Positions 26,921 to 36,790 of a stretch of 64,000 nucleotides of DNA are shown one piece after another. Both the position numbers and the translations under genes were made by a program. Position 1 is the first letter of the stretch. The number at the start of each line of letters is the position of its first letter. This DNA is from Sumerlaeia bacterium. Lineage in GTDB: Bacteria > Sumerlaeota > Sumerlaeia > SLMS01 > JAHLLQ01. The stretch lies in NCBI GenBank assembly GCA_040219255.1, contig JAVJSW010000039.1, positions 32,001-96,000 of the forward strand, written 5' to 3'. The notes beneath the pieces were generated by a model. It was not told the origin of the DNA. It searched no databases and was given only the letters and a program-made list of their open reading frames with translations.

Positions 26921-28075
26921 CTACTCCGCGCCGACGGCTTCGGCGGGTGCTTCTTCCGGGGCGGGGGCTGAGTCTCCGCCTGTATCCTCGCCGCCTTCCA
27001 CTTCGGCGGGCAGTTGCAGGGGCACGTCGACTTCGACGGCGGGGGCGGTTTGCTCGATCTGGCGCAGGCGGGCTTCGACGTCGATGGGGCTGAAATCGGT
27101 GGAGACTTCACCGATGGATTTCAGGTACTTGAAGTAATCGCTGTCGGTGCCGATGACGAGGGTGCTCTGGCCGGTGATGGACTTGCCATAGCTTTCGATG
27201 GTGCGCAGGAAGGAGTAGAATTCCGGGTCGGCGCTGTAGGCTTCGGCGTAGATGCGGGTGGCGTCGGCGTCGGCGCGGCCGCGGACGATTTCGGCTTTGC
27301 GCTGGGCTTCCGAGCGCACGGCCTGGAGTTGCTTGGCGGTGCCGCCGCGGATTTCCGCGCTGCGGCCTTCGCCTTCGCTGCGGAACTGGGCGGCGATGCG
27401 CTGGCGTTCGGAAATCATGCGGTCGTAAACGCGCTGTTGCACGTCGCGGACGTAATTGAGGCGCTTGATGCGGACGTCCACCAGTTCGATGCCGAGTTGC
27501 TGCTGTGTGGTGGCGGAGGCGCGTTCGAGAATGCGGCGGGTGAGGCCTTCGCGGCCGACGATGATGGGGCGGTTGAGGCTTTGCTCGTCCTGATCGTCGA
27601 ACATGGGTTCGTTGCCGATGTCCTCGGGGGCGCCTTCCCAGGTGCTGGAGCGGACGATCTCAACGAGTTCGAGGCTGGAGACTTCGTCGCGGACGGCGGA
27701 GTCGAGGATGTCGTCGAGGCGCGACATGGCGCCAGCTTCATCGCGCACCGATTCGAGGAATTTCTGCGGGTCCACGATGCGCCAGCGGGCCGTGGTATCG
27801 ACGTAGATGAATTCGCGGCCTTTGGTGGGGATTTCGTTGGGGTCGCCATCCCAGGCGATGAGGCGCTTGTCGTAACGCACGACATCCTGTATGAAGGGGA
27901 TTTTGAAGTGAAGGCCGGGGTCCTTGACGACGCGCATGGGCTCGCCGAACTGGAGGACGACCGCCTGCTCGGCTTCGTTGGTGATGTAGGCCGAGGCCGA
28001 GAGGACGATCAGGGCGATGAAACCCACGATGAGCGCGGCGATGGAACTTTGGATGGTCGATTTTCGAAACGTCAT
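26921..28075 (-). CDS. hflC: FtsH protease modulator HflC
   Basis: EQAVVLQFGEP, PGLHFKIPFIQDV, VDVRIKR, RMISERQRIAAQFRSEGEG and AYSADPEFYSFLR. Confidence 0.95.
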   Translation of the reverse strand: MTFRKSTIQSSIAALIVGFIALIVLSASAYITNEAEQAVVLQFGEPMRVVKDPGLHFKIPFIQDVVRYDKRLIAWDGDPNEIPTKGREFIYVDTTARWRIVDPQKFLESVRDEAGAMSRLDDILDSAVRDEVSSLELVEIVRSSTWEGAPEDIGNEPMFDDQDEQSLNRPIIVGREGLTRRILERASATTQQQLGIELVDVRIKRLNYVRDVQQRVYDRMISERQRIAAQFRSEGEGRSAEIRGGTAKQLQAVRSEAQRKAEIVRGRADADATRIYAEAYSADPEFYSFLRTIESYGKSITGQSTLVIGTDSDYFKYLKSIGEVSTDFSPIDVEARLRQIEQTAPAVEVDVPLQLPAEVEGGEDTGGDSAPAPEEAPAEAVGAE

Positions 28076-28135
28076 GATGCGATTTTCCGTAAGCGTTGGG
28101 AGGAGAGGCTTTGGCTGGGAACGGACAAAGGGGGC

Positions 28136-29185
28136 TTACTGGCCGCCACGCTGGGTGCCGGGGGCGAAGGGCGAGCCGCCAGCCCCGCCCTGGGTGCCGA
28201 GTTGGAGCAAGGGCAGCGGCTGGTTCTGGCCCGGTTCGATGACGAAGATCTGGCCGACGTTCGGCAGCGTTTCGTCGAGCGTTTCGAGGTACAATCGGCG
28301 GCGGGTGACTTCCGGGGCCAACTGGTACTCCTTGAGGATGGAGAGGAAACGAGCCGCCTCGCCTTTGGAGCGATTGACGCGTTCGAGGGCGTAGCCTTCG
28401 GCCTCGGCGATGATTTGGGCCGCCTCGCCCTGGGCGCGGGGGATGATCTGGTTGCGCTCGCGCTCGGCTTCGTTGATGAGGCGTTCGCGTTCCTGACGCG
28501 CTTTGTTCACTTCGTTGAAAGACGGCCGCACCGGCTTGGGCGGATTGACGTCCTGCAATTCGACGCGGACGATATGAATGCCGCTTTCGTAGCTATTGAG
28601 GATTTCCTGGATTTCGCGCTGGACGGTGCTGGCGATTTCCGTGCGGCCTTCGGTGATGACGTCGCTGCCGAGGCGATTGCCCACGACCTGGCGCATGACG
28701 CTTTCGGAAACGTCGCGCAGTGTGGCGACGGGTTCTTCGAGGGATTTGAAGAGGTATTGCTCGGGGTCGGCGATCTGGTACTGGACGACCCACTCGACGT
28801 CGGTGACGTTGAGGTCGGCGGTCAGCATGAGGGACTCGTCGTCGAATTCGTCGTCGGCGTATTGTGTGCGCCGGGCGGCGGCCACGGTACGGAAGCCAAA
28901 CTCTTCCTTGAGAATGGTCTGGGTTTCCGCGAACTCGACCGTTTCGATGCCGAGAGGCAGTTTGAAATGCAGGCCCGGGCCGGTGATGCGGTCGACCTTG
29001 CCAAAGCGCAGGACCACGCCGCTTTGCTGAGCCTCGACGGTGTAGGCCGCGCTGAGGATTGCGCCGACGATGAGGAAAAAGAACACGATGCCGAAGAGGA
29101 TCGGTAGTTTCCGCACGAGGCTTTGAAGCTGGGCTTTGAGTTCTTCCGCCGGGTTGCCGGAGGGGTCTTCGAAAGACGATGCCAT
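28136..29185 (-). CDS. hflK: FtsH protease modulator HflK
   Basis: GVVLRFGK, PGLHFKLP, MLTADLN, VNPPKPVRPSFNEVNKARQE and PEVTRRRLYLET. ATG 29185 has a GGAG RBS. Confidence 0.95.
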   Translation of the reverse strand: MASSFEDPSGNPAEELKAQLQSLVRKLPILFGIVFFFLIVGAILSAAYTVEAQQSGVVLRFGKVDRITGPGLHFKLPLGIETVEFAETQTILKEEFGFRTVAAARRTQYADDEFDDESLMLTADLNVTDVEWVVQYQIADPEQYLFKSLEEPVATLRDVSESVMRQVVGNRLGSDVITEGRTEIASTVQREIQEILNSYESGIHIVRVELQDVNPPKPVRPSFNEVNKARQERERLINEAERERNQIIPRAQGEAAQIIAEAEGYALERVNRSKGEAARFLSILKEYQLAPEVTRRRLYLETLDETLPNVGQIFVIEPGQNQPLPLLQLGTQGGAGGSPFAPGTQRGGQ

Positions 29186-29223
29186 GGGTGTCTCCCCTTG
29201 TGAGGTCGCCAGATGTGGCGGAA

Positions 29224-29241
29224 TACCTTCGATGGAAGGTA
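29224..29241. promoter_or_regulatory. Perfect inverted repeat in the divergent hflK/SRAP intergenic region
   Basis: TACCTTC-GATG-GAAGGTA, about 40 bp upstream of the hflK start. Confidence 0.35.
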
Positions 29242-29386
29242 CCCGCCTATTCAAAAGAGGCCCCGAAAATCGAACGGGGCGCAAGGAATGCCGGGTAGAA
29301 ATCGCACTCTTCGATTGAAGCACCGCACCCGGCGGGGTTCAGGTTCGTAAGTACCAAGACCGTGCCAAGGATTCGGATACGAGACG

Positions 29387-30076
29387 ATGTGCGGACGTTA
29401 TACGACGAACCTGGATATCCCAGCGCTGGAGCGGTTTTTGGCCGGATTGCAGGCCGAGCCGGTGGCGGAGGAGGAGCGGCTGAATGTCTCGCCGACCCAG
29501 GTGGTGGCCGCGGTGCGTCAGGAAGACCCAGCGGGCCCGCCGATCCTGGGGCCGATGGTGTGGGGACTGATCCCGAGTTGGGCCAAGGACCGCTCTATCG
29601 GCAGCAAACTGATCAATGCGCGGGGGGAAACGGTGGCGGAAAAGCCGAGTTTCCGAAGCGCCTTCGCCCGGCGGCGCTGTCTGATACCCGCCACCGGGTT
29701 TTATGAATGGGGTGTGCCCGAGGGATTTTCGCGAAAAATGCCGGTGTGGTTTCATTGGCCGGGCGAGGCGGTGTTGGCGATGGGCGGGCTCTGGGAGCGA
29801 TGGACCGACCGGGCGACGGGCGAGGTGCTGACCACATGCACCATCGTCACCGTCGGCGCGAACGAATTGGTGAAACCGATCCACGAGCGCATGCCGGTGC
29901 TCCTGGCGCCGGAGGATTGGGCGCGGTGGCTGGACCCGGGCGAGAAGTCGCCGATGGACCTGGTGCGGCCGTTTCCCGCGGGCCGTATGCAGGCCCGCGT
30001 GGTCGGGCGAGAGGTCAACAATCCGCGCAATCAGCAGGGCGACTTGCTAGGCGAGGTGATGCCGGAGGGCGAATAG
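29387..30076 (+). CDS. SOS response-associated peptidase (SRAP/HMCES/YedK family, abasic-site protection)
   Basis: N-terminal MCGRY, WGLIPSW, LINARGET, GFYEW and IHERMPV. Confidence 0.95.
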   Translation: MCGRYTTNLDIPALERFLAGLQAEPVAEEERLNVSPTQVVAAVRQEDPAGPPILGPMVWGLIPSWAKDRSIGSKLINARGETVAEKPSFRSAFARRRCLIPATGFYEWGVPEGFSRKMPVWFHWPGEAVLAMGGLWERWTDRATGEVLTTCTIVTVGANELVKPIHERMPVLLAPEDWARWLDPGEKSPMDLVRPFPAGRMQARVVGREVNNPRNQQGDLLGEVMPEGE

Positions 30077-30185
30077 TGGTGTGCGGGAGCAAAGTTCCCT
30101 GTTGTTCCCGAGGTGGCGGATTTGATGGTGTGCCATGGGCCGCGGGCAGACGCCTGCCGAGCCAATCCGCCGGCCGGTGAGTTCG

Positions 30186-31028
30186 ATGCTGACATGCTGT
30201 CTGCGATTTGACGTCGATACGATCACCTGTATCGAGACCGGCATGCCGAACCTCCTGGCGTTCGCGGAGGAATACCGTATTCCCATGACATTCTATTGCA
30301 ATATGGGACGGGCGGTTTCTTATGTGGCGTTGGCGCGGAAGCGATTTCGAAACGCGGGCGGTCACGAAAAAGCAATTCTTGCGAAGCTGTCTCCCAAAGC
30401 CAAGATGGGGAACCGCGATTACCTGAGAACCTCTTTGCTCAATCCTGTTGTGGGGTCAGCGCATGGTGCGATTTTACAGGAGGCGGCAAGACACGGCCAT
30501 GAATTGGGTTTGCACGGGGGACGCAACCATGGTTCCTGGCATCATGAGGCGCATTTGTGGACAGAGGAAAGAGTGCGGACGGAAGTCGCGTGGGGGCTTG
30601 AACGATTTGACGCGATGGGATTGGAAAAGCCGGTAGGGTTCGCATCGCCGGGGTGGAATTCGCCGGAGGGGCTGGGTCGCATTCTTGGAGGTTTGGGCTT
30701 TGGCTATATGGCGGATGATTATGGCCAAGGGGATTTTTGCGAGACGAAAGCGACTATCCGATGCGTTCGGACTCAATTGACGGGAGAAGGAGGTGTGGGG
30801 TTCTTCGAGTCGCTTGCGGCACGAGGGCTTGATTCCGGAACGGGGGAACAGGCGATGAAAGGGGCTTTCGAATCGGCGGCGGCATGTGATAAGAGTGTTT
30901 GCGTTTACGATCATCCGTGCTTCGCGGGGCGCGAGGGATTGGGCATGTTGAAGGGTTTCGTGGAGCATTTGAAGCGGCGGCCGGTTCGCTTTGCGACGGT
31001 CCGGGGAGCGATGGGAACGGACGCATGA
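30186..31028 (+). CDS. Polysaccharide deacetylase (CE4/ArnD-like)
   Basis: LRFDVDT, HELGLHGGRNH, FASPGW and YDHP. Confidence 0.85.
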   Translation: MLTCCLRFDVDTITCIETGMPNLLAFAEEYRIPMTFYCNMGRAVSYVALARKRFRNAGGHEKAILAKLSPKAKMGNRDYLRTSLLNPVVGSAHGAILQEAARHGHELGLHGGRNHGSWHHEAHLWTEERVRTEVAWGLERFDAMGLEKPVGFASPGWNSPEGLGRILGGLGFGYMADDYGQGDFCETKATIRCVRTQLTGEGGVGFFESLAARGLDSGTGEQAMKGAFESAAACDKSVCVYDHPCFAGREGLGMLKGFVEHLKRRPVRFATVRGAMGTDA

Positions 31029-31936
31029 ACAGGAACTGGAGCGATCTCTGCTTGCGCGGAAAAGAGATGGCGAAGAGCCGGACGGGGCAGACGCTTCTGT
31101 TCTTGCTGGCGGCGGGGCTTTTTCTTTATGGAATTGTGCTATCGATTCGCCGCCGGCCGGATTTGCTGCTGGGTCTGGACTGGCTGTATCTTCTGGCGGT
31201 CGTGATGATTCTCATTCCAGCCACGCTGCTTCTGTTGGCGTACAAGTTTATTTTTCTGGTGCGGTATCTGGGGGCGGACATTTCATTTCTAGACGCTTTC
31301 CGCACGGTCGTGATGGGGGCGGCGGGAAATCTCTTGCCGGTTCCCGGGGGGCTGATGGTCCGTGTCGCCGTCCTCAGGTCGAAGGGAATCCCCATTGGCA
31401 AGAGCGTCGCTATCAACATCGATTTGACAATCTTTTGGATTGGATGCGCGCTGTTGCTTTCGTCCGTTGGAGCCTTCTTTCAGCAAAAGGCGGGTTTTGG
31501 ATTTGGATTTCTGGGAGGCGGCTTGCTTGTCTTGGGTATCGCCGCAGGTTTGATTTATCGCAAGACAAAGTCGCGGGAATCCCTTTGGGTCTTTTTTGGA
31601 CTTCAGTTCGCGGGCAGTTTGATCGACAGCCTGCGCGTGTGGGTTTGTATGCTTTCCATGGAGAGGGCGACTTCGCTTTCTTCGGTATTCGGATTGTCAC
31701 TCGCATCGGTTTCGGGTTCTCTGGCGACTGTCGTTCCGGCGGGTCTGGGGGTGCGCGAGTGGGTGGCGGCATTTCTCGCCCCGGTCTTTCAATTGCCGCC
31801 CGAGTCGGCCTATCTGGGAACGGCGCTGAATCGATTTCTGTCGTTGGGCGTCGTCTTTCTCATCTCGCTTTTCTTTCTCGTTCAGGCCCGTTCGAAGAGA
31901 AAAGAAGTCAAGGAGAGGGAACATGACTTGGAGTGA
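31025..31936 (+). CDS. Lysylphosphatidylglycerol synthase TM / flippase-like membrane protein
   Basis: Multiple TM helices; GNLLPVPGG and VPAGLGVREW motifs; ATGA overlap with the deacetylase. Confidence 0.85.
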   Translation: MNRNWSDLCLRGKEMAKSRTGQTLLFLLAAGLFLYGIVLSIRRRPDLLLGLDWLYLLAVVMILIPATLLLLAYKFIFLVRYLGADISFLDAFRTVVMGAAGNLLPVPGGLMVRVAVLRSKGIPIGKSVAINIDLTIFWIGCALLLSSVGAFFQQKAGFGFGFLGGGLLVLGIAAGLIYRKTKSRESLWVFFGLQFAGSLIDSLRVWVCMLSMERATSLSSVFGLSLASVSGSLATVVPAGLGVREWVAAFLAPVFQLPPESAYLGTALNRFLSLGVVFLISLFFLVQARSKRKEVKEREHDLE

Positions 31937-32858
31937 CGCTCTATTTCTCGTTGGTGCCCCCCGCTCGGGAACATCGCTCTTGCAGCAGGTCCTGCGCGAA
32001 CAACCTGGCTTTGCCTCCGTACCGCGAGAGTCTGATGTCATTTGGGAACCTTATATTCATCCGGAGAACAACGGTTGGAAGGGTGAGGGTTTTTCCGGAG
32101 CCGAGGTTTCCGCCGAGATTTCCGCCGCCCTTCATCAGCGGTTTTCAGAGCTTGCGGTGTCGGCGGAGACTTGGCGCCGCTGGAGTTCCGCCGGTCTGAT
32201 GAAGAACCCGGGGATGGCGCGAGTGCTTCGTTTGGGCTATCGCTTTGGAAAACCGGTACTCGCGCTGTTGAAATTTCGCAAGGGCAAGTCAGGTTCCGAC
32301 CTCCGGTTGATCGACAAATCCGTTCACATGGGGCTTTGGCTGAGCTTTGTGCATACTGTTTTCCCGGGCTGCCGTTTCATCCATATCGTTCGCGATCCAT
32401 TGACGGCGATCCCCTCGATCATTCATGGTTGGCAGCAGCCGGAACGATTCAATACTTATCTGTTGCCGCTCGATTTCGACGGAGAAGACTTCCAGTGGAA
32501 ATTTCCGCTGCCTCCCGGCTGGGAAGCGGTCGTGAAAGCACCTGTCGAGGATCGCGCCGCTTTCCAATGGATCGCGATTCAGGAGGCGATCTTGCGGTCG
32601 GCGGGGGAGTTGGGCATGCCTTATTATCGAATCCGGTTGGAAGACTTGGCCGCCACTCCCCGCGAGACGTTGGAAGCGCTGTTCGCCTTCGCCGCGATCG
32701 ATTGGAATCCGATAGCGGAAAGATATGCTCGGGAGCTTCCCAAAGTGAATGCGCGCGAGTCCAAAGGGAACGCAAACAGGCAATGGCTCGACAAAATTTC
32801 TCCAGAGCGCCAGGAACGCATCGAGGTATTGCGAACCATATTCGGTTATTCGGAATAA
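31923..32858 (+). CDS. Sulfotransferase family protein
   Basis: 5'-PSB loop VGAPRSGTSLL; IDKS; 3'-PB HIVRDP...S; IRLEDL. Confidence 0.9.
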   Translation: MTWSDALFLVGAPRSGTSLLQQVLREQPGFASVPRESDVIWEPYIHPENNGWKGEGFSGAEVSAEISAALHQRFSELAVSAETWRRWSSAGLMKNPGMARVLRLGYRFGKPVLALLKFRKGKSGSDLRLIDKSVHMGLWLSFVHTVFPGCRFIHIVRDPLTAIPSIIHGWQQPERFNTYLLPLDFDGEDFQWKFPLPPGWEAVVKAPVEDRAAFQWIAIQEAILRSAGELGMPYYRIRLEDLAATPRETLEALFAFAAIDWNPIAERYARELPKVNARESKGNANRQWLDKISPERQERIEVLRTIFGYSE

Positions 32859-33742
32859 CCCAGCGTTTCCATCAAGTCCTTCACGCCGCTGAGGAGATCA
32901 GCGCGCAGCCAATTCTCCAAACCTTCTTCTTCATTCTCTGATTGCCGGGGCCGGACGTTGATTTTCTGGTCGAGCATTTGGCGCAGGCGCCCGGCTTCAT
33001 CGCCGCTCACCAATCCATGGCTCAAGGCCACCAGCAATCGATGTAACTCTTGATCCTTGCGTTCGAGGAAAACATCTTCGTATCGAAAAAGCGCCACGTT
33101 TTTTCGTCCCTCCGCATTCAGCTCCGCGAACAAGCGATTCATGGTCAGCCAGGTCCATGCGAGCTTCTCGGCCCTCGAGTAATCCGGCCATTCCGGGCAT
33201 GCGATCCCTGCGTTGTCGGGCGTTAGCCGCCGGAGGCCGCCTCGATCGATTCGGGTCAAAATGTCTTTCTCCGAGTACCAGACCTTAGACAGCCAAGATG
33301 AAACCCATGTTTTAGGATGGCGAACGAAGAAGAGAACATGACTGTTTGGAAGCTCCGCAAGCAAATTCCCTAAGCCAAACAATTGAGCATTTGATTCCAC
33401 GTAGAGTTTCCTGTCACCAACGATCCATTTACGATCTTTAATAAACCTTTCGATCGCCTCTTTTTCCGAAATCCGTCCCTCCAAATAATTCAAGGAATGA
33501 TTGCGCGCTCCCGATGTTCCGAGGGCTTTTAGCAAATAAGGCCGAACGACGCCCTGTTGCCTCAGGCGCCGCCAGCGCTCGTCGCGGCTCAGCGTGTGCC
33601 AATCGACTTTATCGGGTTCGTGGATCGAGAAACAGCCAGGGACGAGTTCGCTCGCCAAATCGCCAAAGAATTGAGTCCCGGTGCGCCCGGCGGAAATGAT
33701 GAAGGTTTTTCGTAAATTGAGAAAAGGCTGGGCGGCGCTCAT
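32846..33742 (-). CDS. Sulfotransferase-like P-loop protein
   Basis: IISAGRTGTQFF, HEP, FVRHP.TWVSS and FRYED. Confidence 0.8.
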   Translation of the reverse strand: MSAAQPFLNLRKTFIISAGRTGTQFFGDLASELVPGCFSIHEPDKVDWHTLSRDERWRRLRQQGVVRPYLLKALGTSGARNHSLNYLEGRISEKEAIERFIKDRKWIVGDRKLYVESNAQLFGLGNLLAELPNSHVLFFVRHPKTWVSSWLSKVWYSEKDILTRIDRGGLRRLTPDNAGIACPEWPDYSRAEKLAWTWLTMNRLFAELNAEGRKNVALFRYEDVFLERKDQELHRLLVALSHGLVSGDEAGRLRQMLDQKINVRPRQSENEEEGLENWLRADLLSGVKDLMETLGYSE

Positions 33743-33816
33743 GGGGCTCTCGCTTGGTTGCAGGCGACTCTCTTCTCGCGGCATCGCCGTGTTGGGTCGA
33801 GCCCAATTGGCGGGCG

Positions 33817-34836
33817 CTACGCCGCCACGGCAGCCAGGATGCCGCCCGCGATCCCGGCCAGCACGAGAAGAGCCACCACGGCGACGACGCCCCGGTGCGC
33901 CGACACCCAGAAGTAGGGGCTCTTGGACTTGGCCTTCTTGTCAAAGGTTCCCCGCGTTCCGTAGGTGTTTTCCACCGGATGCCAGAGGTTCGAGAGGCGG
34001 TCGAGAGAGACCGGTTCGCCGCTTTTCTGCGAGTCGAAGCCGGTCTTACCCAGATACCAGTCGCCAAAGGCGGGAAGGAACTTGTTCCCCCAGATGATGA
34101 CGGCGGTCATCAGGCCGACGTTGATTTCGCGGCGGCGGTGCTGGCTGGCCCAGTAGAGGGCTTCGGCGGCGACGGAGGGCTGGAAAATGGGCGGCACGGG
34201 CTGGGGGTGCTCGGGCAGCTTGACCAGGTTCCACTCGAACTGGGGCGTGTTCAGGGCGGGAAACTGCACCATGGTCAGACGGACGTTGGATTTCTCGTGT
34301 AGCAGTTCACAGCGAAGCGAGTCGAAGAAGCCACGCAGGGCGTGCTTGGCGCCGCAGTAGCCGGATTGCAGCGGGATGGACCGATAGGCGAGGGCCGAAC
34401 CGGACTGGACGATGACGCCCCGGTCGCGCGGCTTCATGCGCTTGAGGGCTGCCAGGGTGCCGTAAACCGACCCGAGGTAGGTGACTTCGGTGACGCGGCG
34501 GAATTCCTCGGGGGTCAAGTCGTCGAAGCGGCCAAAGACCGTGAGCATGGCATTGTTGATCCAGACGTCGATTTCGCCAAAGGTTTCTTCGAGCTGCCGG
34601 GCGCACTCCTCGACGCGGTCCGCGTCGGCCACGTCACAGGTCAGCGCGAGGGCCCGCCCGCCCCGTTCCTCCACTTCCGCTTTTGTATCGGCCAGTCCTT
34701 TTTGTCCCCGGGCGATCAGACCGATGTTCCATCCGCGCTCGGCAAAGGCATGGGCGGTGGCGCGGCCCACGCCGGCGGTGGCTCCGGTGATCATGACGAC
34801 TTTCTTGCGGGGCTGGTTGGCATTGGCAGATGGCAT
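33817..34836 (-). CDS. SDR family oxidoreductase
   Basis: TGATAGVG, WINNAM, catalytic YCGAK and PALNTPQF; hydrophobic C-terminal tail. Confidence 0.92.
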   Translation of the reverse strand: MPSANANQPRKKVVMITGATAGVGRATAHAFAERGWNIGLIARGQKGLADTKAEVEERGGRALALTCDVADADRVEECARQLEETFGEIDVWINNAMLTVFGRFDDLTPEEFRRVTEVTYLGSVYGTLAALKRMKPRDRGVIVQSGSALAYRSIPLQSGYCGAKHALRGFFDSLRCELLHEKSNVRLTMVQFPALNTPQFEWNLVKLPEHPQPVPPIFQPSVAAEALYWASQHRRREINVGLMTAVIIWGNKFLPAFGDWYLGKTGFDSQKSGEPVSLDRLSNLWHPVENTYGTRGTFDKKAKSKSPYFWVSAHRGVVAVVALLVLAGIAGGILAAVAA

Positions 34837-35032
34837 GAGAGGCTCCTTCCGCTCTTCAGCCGGAGCAACACCGATGCCGCCCGGCACGCGGGAGAGTCGC
34901 GTCCTCACCTGCCGGACCCCGAGTTGCTTGGTTCCAGAGCCAAGCCGAGCGCGGGCGCGGGCGATTCTCCCGTTCTCCCTAGCCCCAAGCGCTTTTCCTG
35001 GCGATTCTCACTCCTGCCGAAGGATAGGCTCC

Positions 35033-36634
35033 ATGCCCGATCAGCAGCATCATCCCGAACACGAAAAGCAATCTCACGAGCAGCACGAGCACTCTGGGGG
35101 AATGCAGTCCGGCGGAATGGGAATGCGAGGCGTCAGCCGGCCCATGCCTCTGCATCAGCATCACCAGAAGCACGAGGAATCCCACGGCAAAGAGTCCCAG
35201 GGCCACGAGGGCCACCAAGGCCATGGTCACATGTCGATGTCGCCCGAGCACCGCGAGAAGATGCTGCACATGCACCATCGGCAAACGCTGTGGTGCTACT
35301 GGTTCATCGTGATGGCGGGGTTCTGGACGATGATGGCGCCGCTGACGTTTTCCTATGGTTCGGGGGCGGTGGATGTGGCCGGCGGGCGCGAGGTCTGGCT
35401 TTCGACCGCCGGGCGCGCGGCGGCGATGACCTGGAGCGACCTGATTTGCGGGTTTCTGCTGATCGTTCTGGGCTGGCGGGCGTTGACGCCCAACCGGCCG
35501 GTCTCGATGTGGGGGGCGTGCTTCGTCGGGATCTGGATGAACATCGCGCCGGTGCTGTTCTGGGCGCCGACGGCGGGGGCGTATTACAACGCCACGGCGG
35601 TGGGCACGCTGGTGATCGCGGTGACGATCTTGATCCCCGGCATGCCGAACATGATCATGTACATGAAGATGGGAAACCCGGTGCCGCGGGGTTGGTCCTA
35701 CAACCCGTCCTCCTGGCCCCAGCGCTGGATCATGATCGCGGCTGGGTTCGCGGGCTGGATGGCGTCGCGGTATCTGGGGGCGTTTCAGCTCGGGTACATC
35801 GAGGAAATCTGGGACCCGTTCTTCGGTTCGCAAAGCCGCCAGGTGCTCAATTCCGACATGTCGCACATGTGGCCGGTTTCGGACGCGGCGTTCGGGGCCT
35901 TCGCCTACACGTTCGAATGCTTGATGGGTTTCATGGGGGCGCCGAGCCGCTGGCGCACGATGCCGTGGATGGTGACGTTCTTCGGGATTCTGGTGATTCC
36001 GCTGGGGCTGGTGCATATCGCGCTGGTCATTTCCCAGCCGGTCGTCGTCGGCGCGTGGTGTACGTTTTGTCTGCTGGCGGCGGCGATCATGCTGCCGATG
36101 ATTCCGCTCGAGGTGGACGAGGTCATCGCCATGGGCCAGCACGTCAAGCAGCGAACGCGGGCCGGCGAAGGCTTCTGGCGCGTGTTCTGGAAGGGCGGCG
36201 ACCCGGACGGCTCCGAGCCGGACGAGCGCACGCCGCCGCTGGCCGATTTCCCCAAGCGCCCGATGGCGCTGCTCAAGGCCGGCTTCTGGGGCATGAGCGC
36301 CCCCTGGAACCTGACAGTCTCGGCCATCGTGGGCGTCGGTCTGCTGTTCGTGCCCTGGCTCTTGGGTCTCGAGAAACCGGCCTCCGCCATCTTCCACCTG
36401 GGCGGTTCGCTGGCGGTGGTTTTCGCGGTGATCGCCATGGGAGAGGCAGTGCGGCTCACGCGTTTCCTGAACGTCCTGGTAGGCCTGGTGCTGGCCATCG
36501 GGCCGTGGCTGACGAACGGCGGCGTGGCGGCGGGGGTGATCGGACTGCTGGCGGGAGTGGCGCTGATCGGGTTGTCGCTGAGGAAGGGACCGGTTCGCGA
36601 ACGCTTCGGATCGTGGGATCGCTGGGTGAAGTAG
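35033..36634 (+). CDS. Vitamin K epoxide reductase family membrane protein with SPW-type repeats and His/Met-rich N-terminus
   Basis: GWSYNPSSWPQR, VLNSDMSHMWPVSDAAFG, RWRTMPWMV and active-site WCTFC; many TM helices. Confidence 0.88.
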   Translation: MPDQQHHPEHEKQSHEQHEHSGGMQSGGMGMRGVSRPMPLHQHHQKHEESHGKESQGHEGHQGHGHMSMSPEHREKMLHMHHRQTLWCYWFIVMAGFWTMMAPLTFSYGSGAVDVAGGREVWLSTAGRAAAMTWSDLICGFLLIVLGWRALTPNRPVSMWGACFVGIWMNIAPVLFWAPTAGAYYNATAVGTLVIAVTILIPGMPNMIMYMKMGNPVPRGWSYNPSSWPQRWIMIAAGFAGWMASRYLGAFQLGYIEEIWDPFFGSQSRQVLNSDMSHMWPVSDAAFGAFAYTFECLMGFMGAPSRWRTMPWMVTFFGILVIPLGLVHIALVISQPVVVGAWCTFCLLAAAIMLPMIPLEVDEVIAMGQHVKQRTRAGEGFWRVFWKGGDPDGSEPDERTPPLADFPKRPMALLKAGFWGMSAPWNLTVSAIVGVGLLFVPWLLGLEKPASAIFHLGGSLAVVFAVIAMGEAVRLTRFLNVLVGLVLAIGPWLTNGGVAAGVIGLLAGVALIGLSLRKGPVRERFGSWDRWVK

Positions 36635-36790
36635 TCGGCGCCCACCCCGTCGCCGAGCCAGTTTTCTGAATGACGAAAGCAGGACTAGCGCCGGGCCGCG
36701 GAAGGCGGCAGGGTCTGCGGACTCTCGCGCCCGCCGGGCCATCACGCCCGCGCGCCCTCCCTTACACCTAGGAGCCCGCTTCGTCCCGCC

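Noticed and set aside
26682-27137. 151-aa ORF across the inverted-repeat element
   Set aside because: It overlaps hflC antisense, has no motif, and is not a recognisable transposase.
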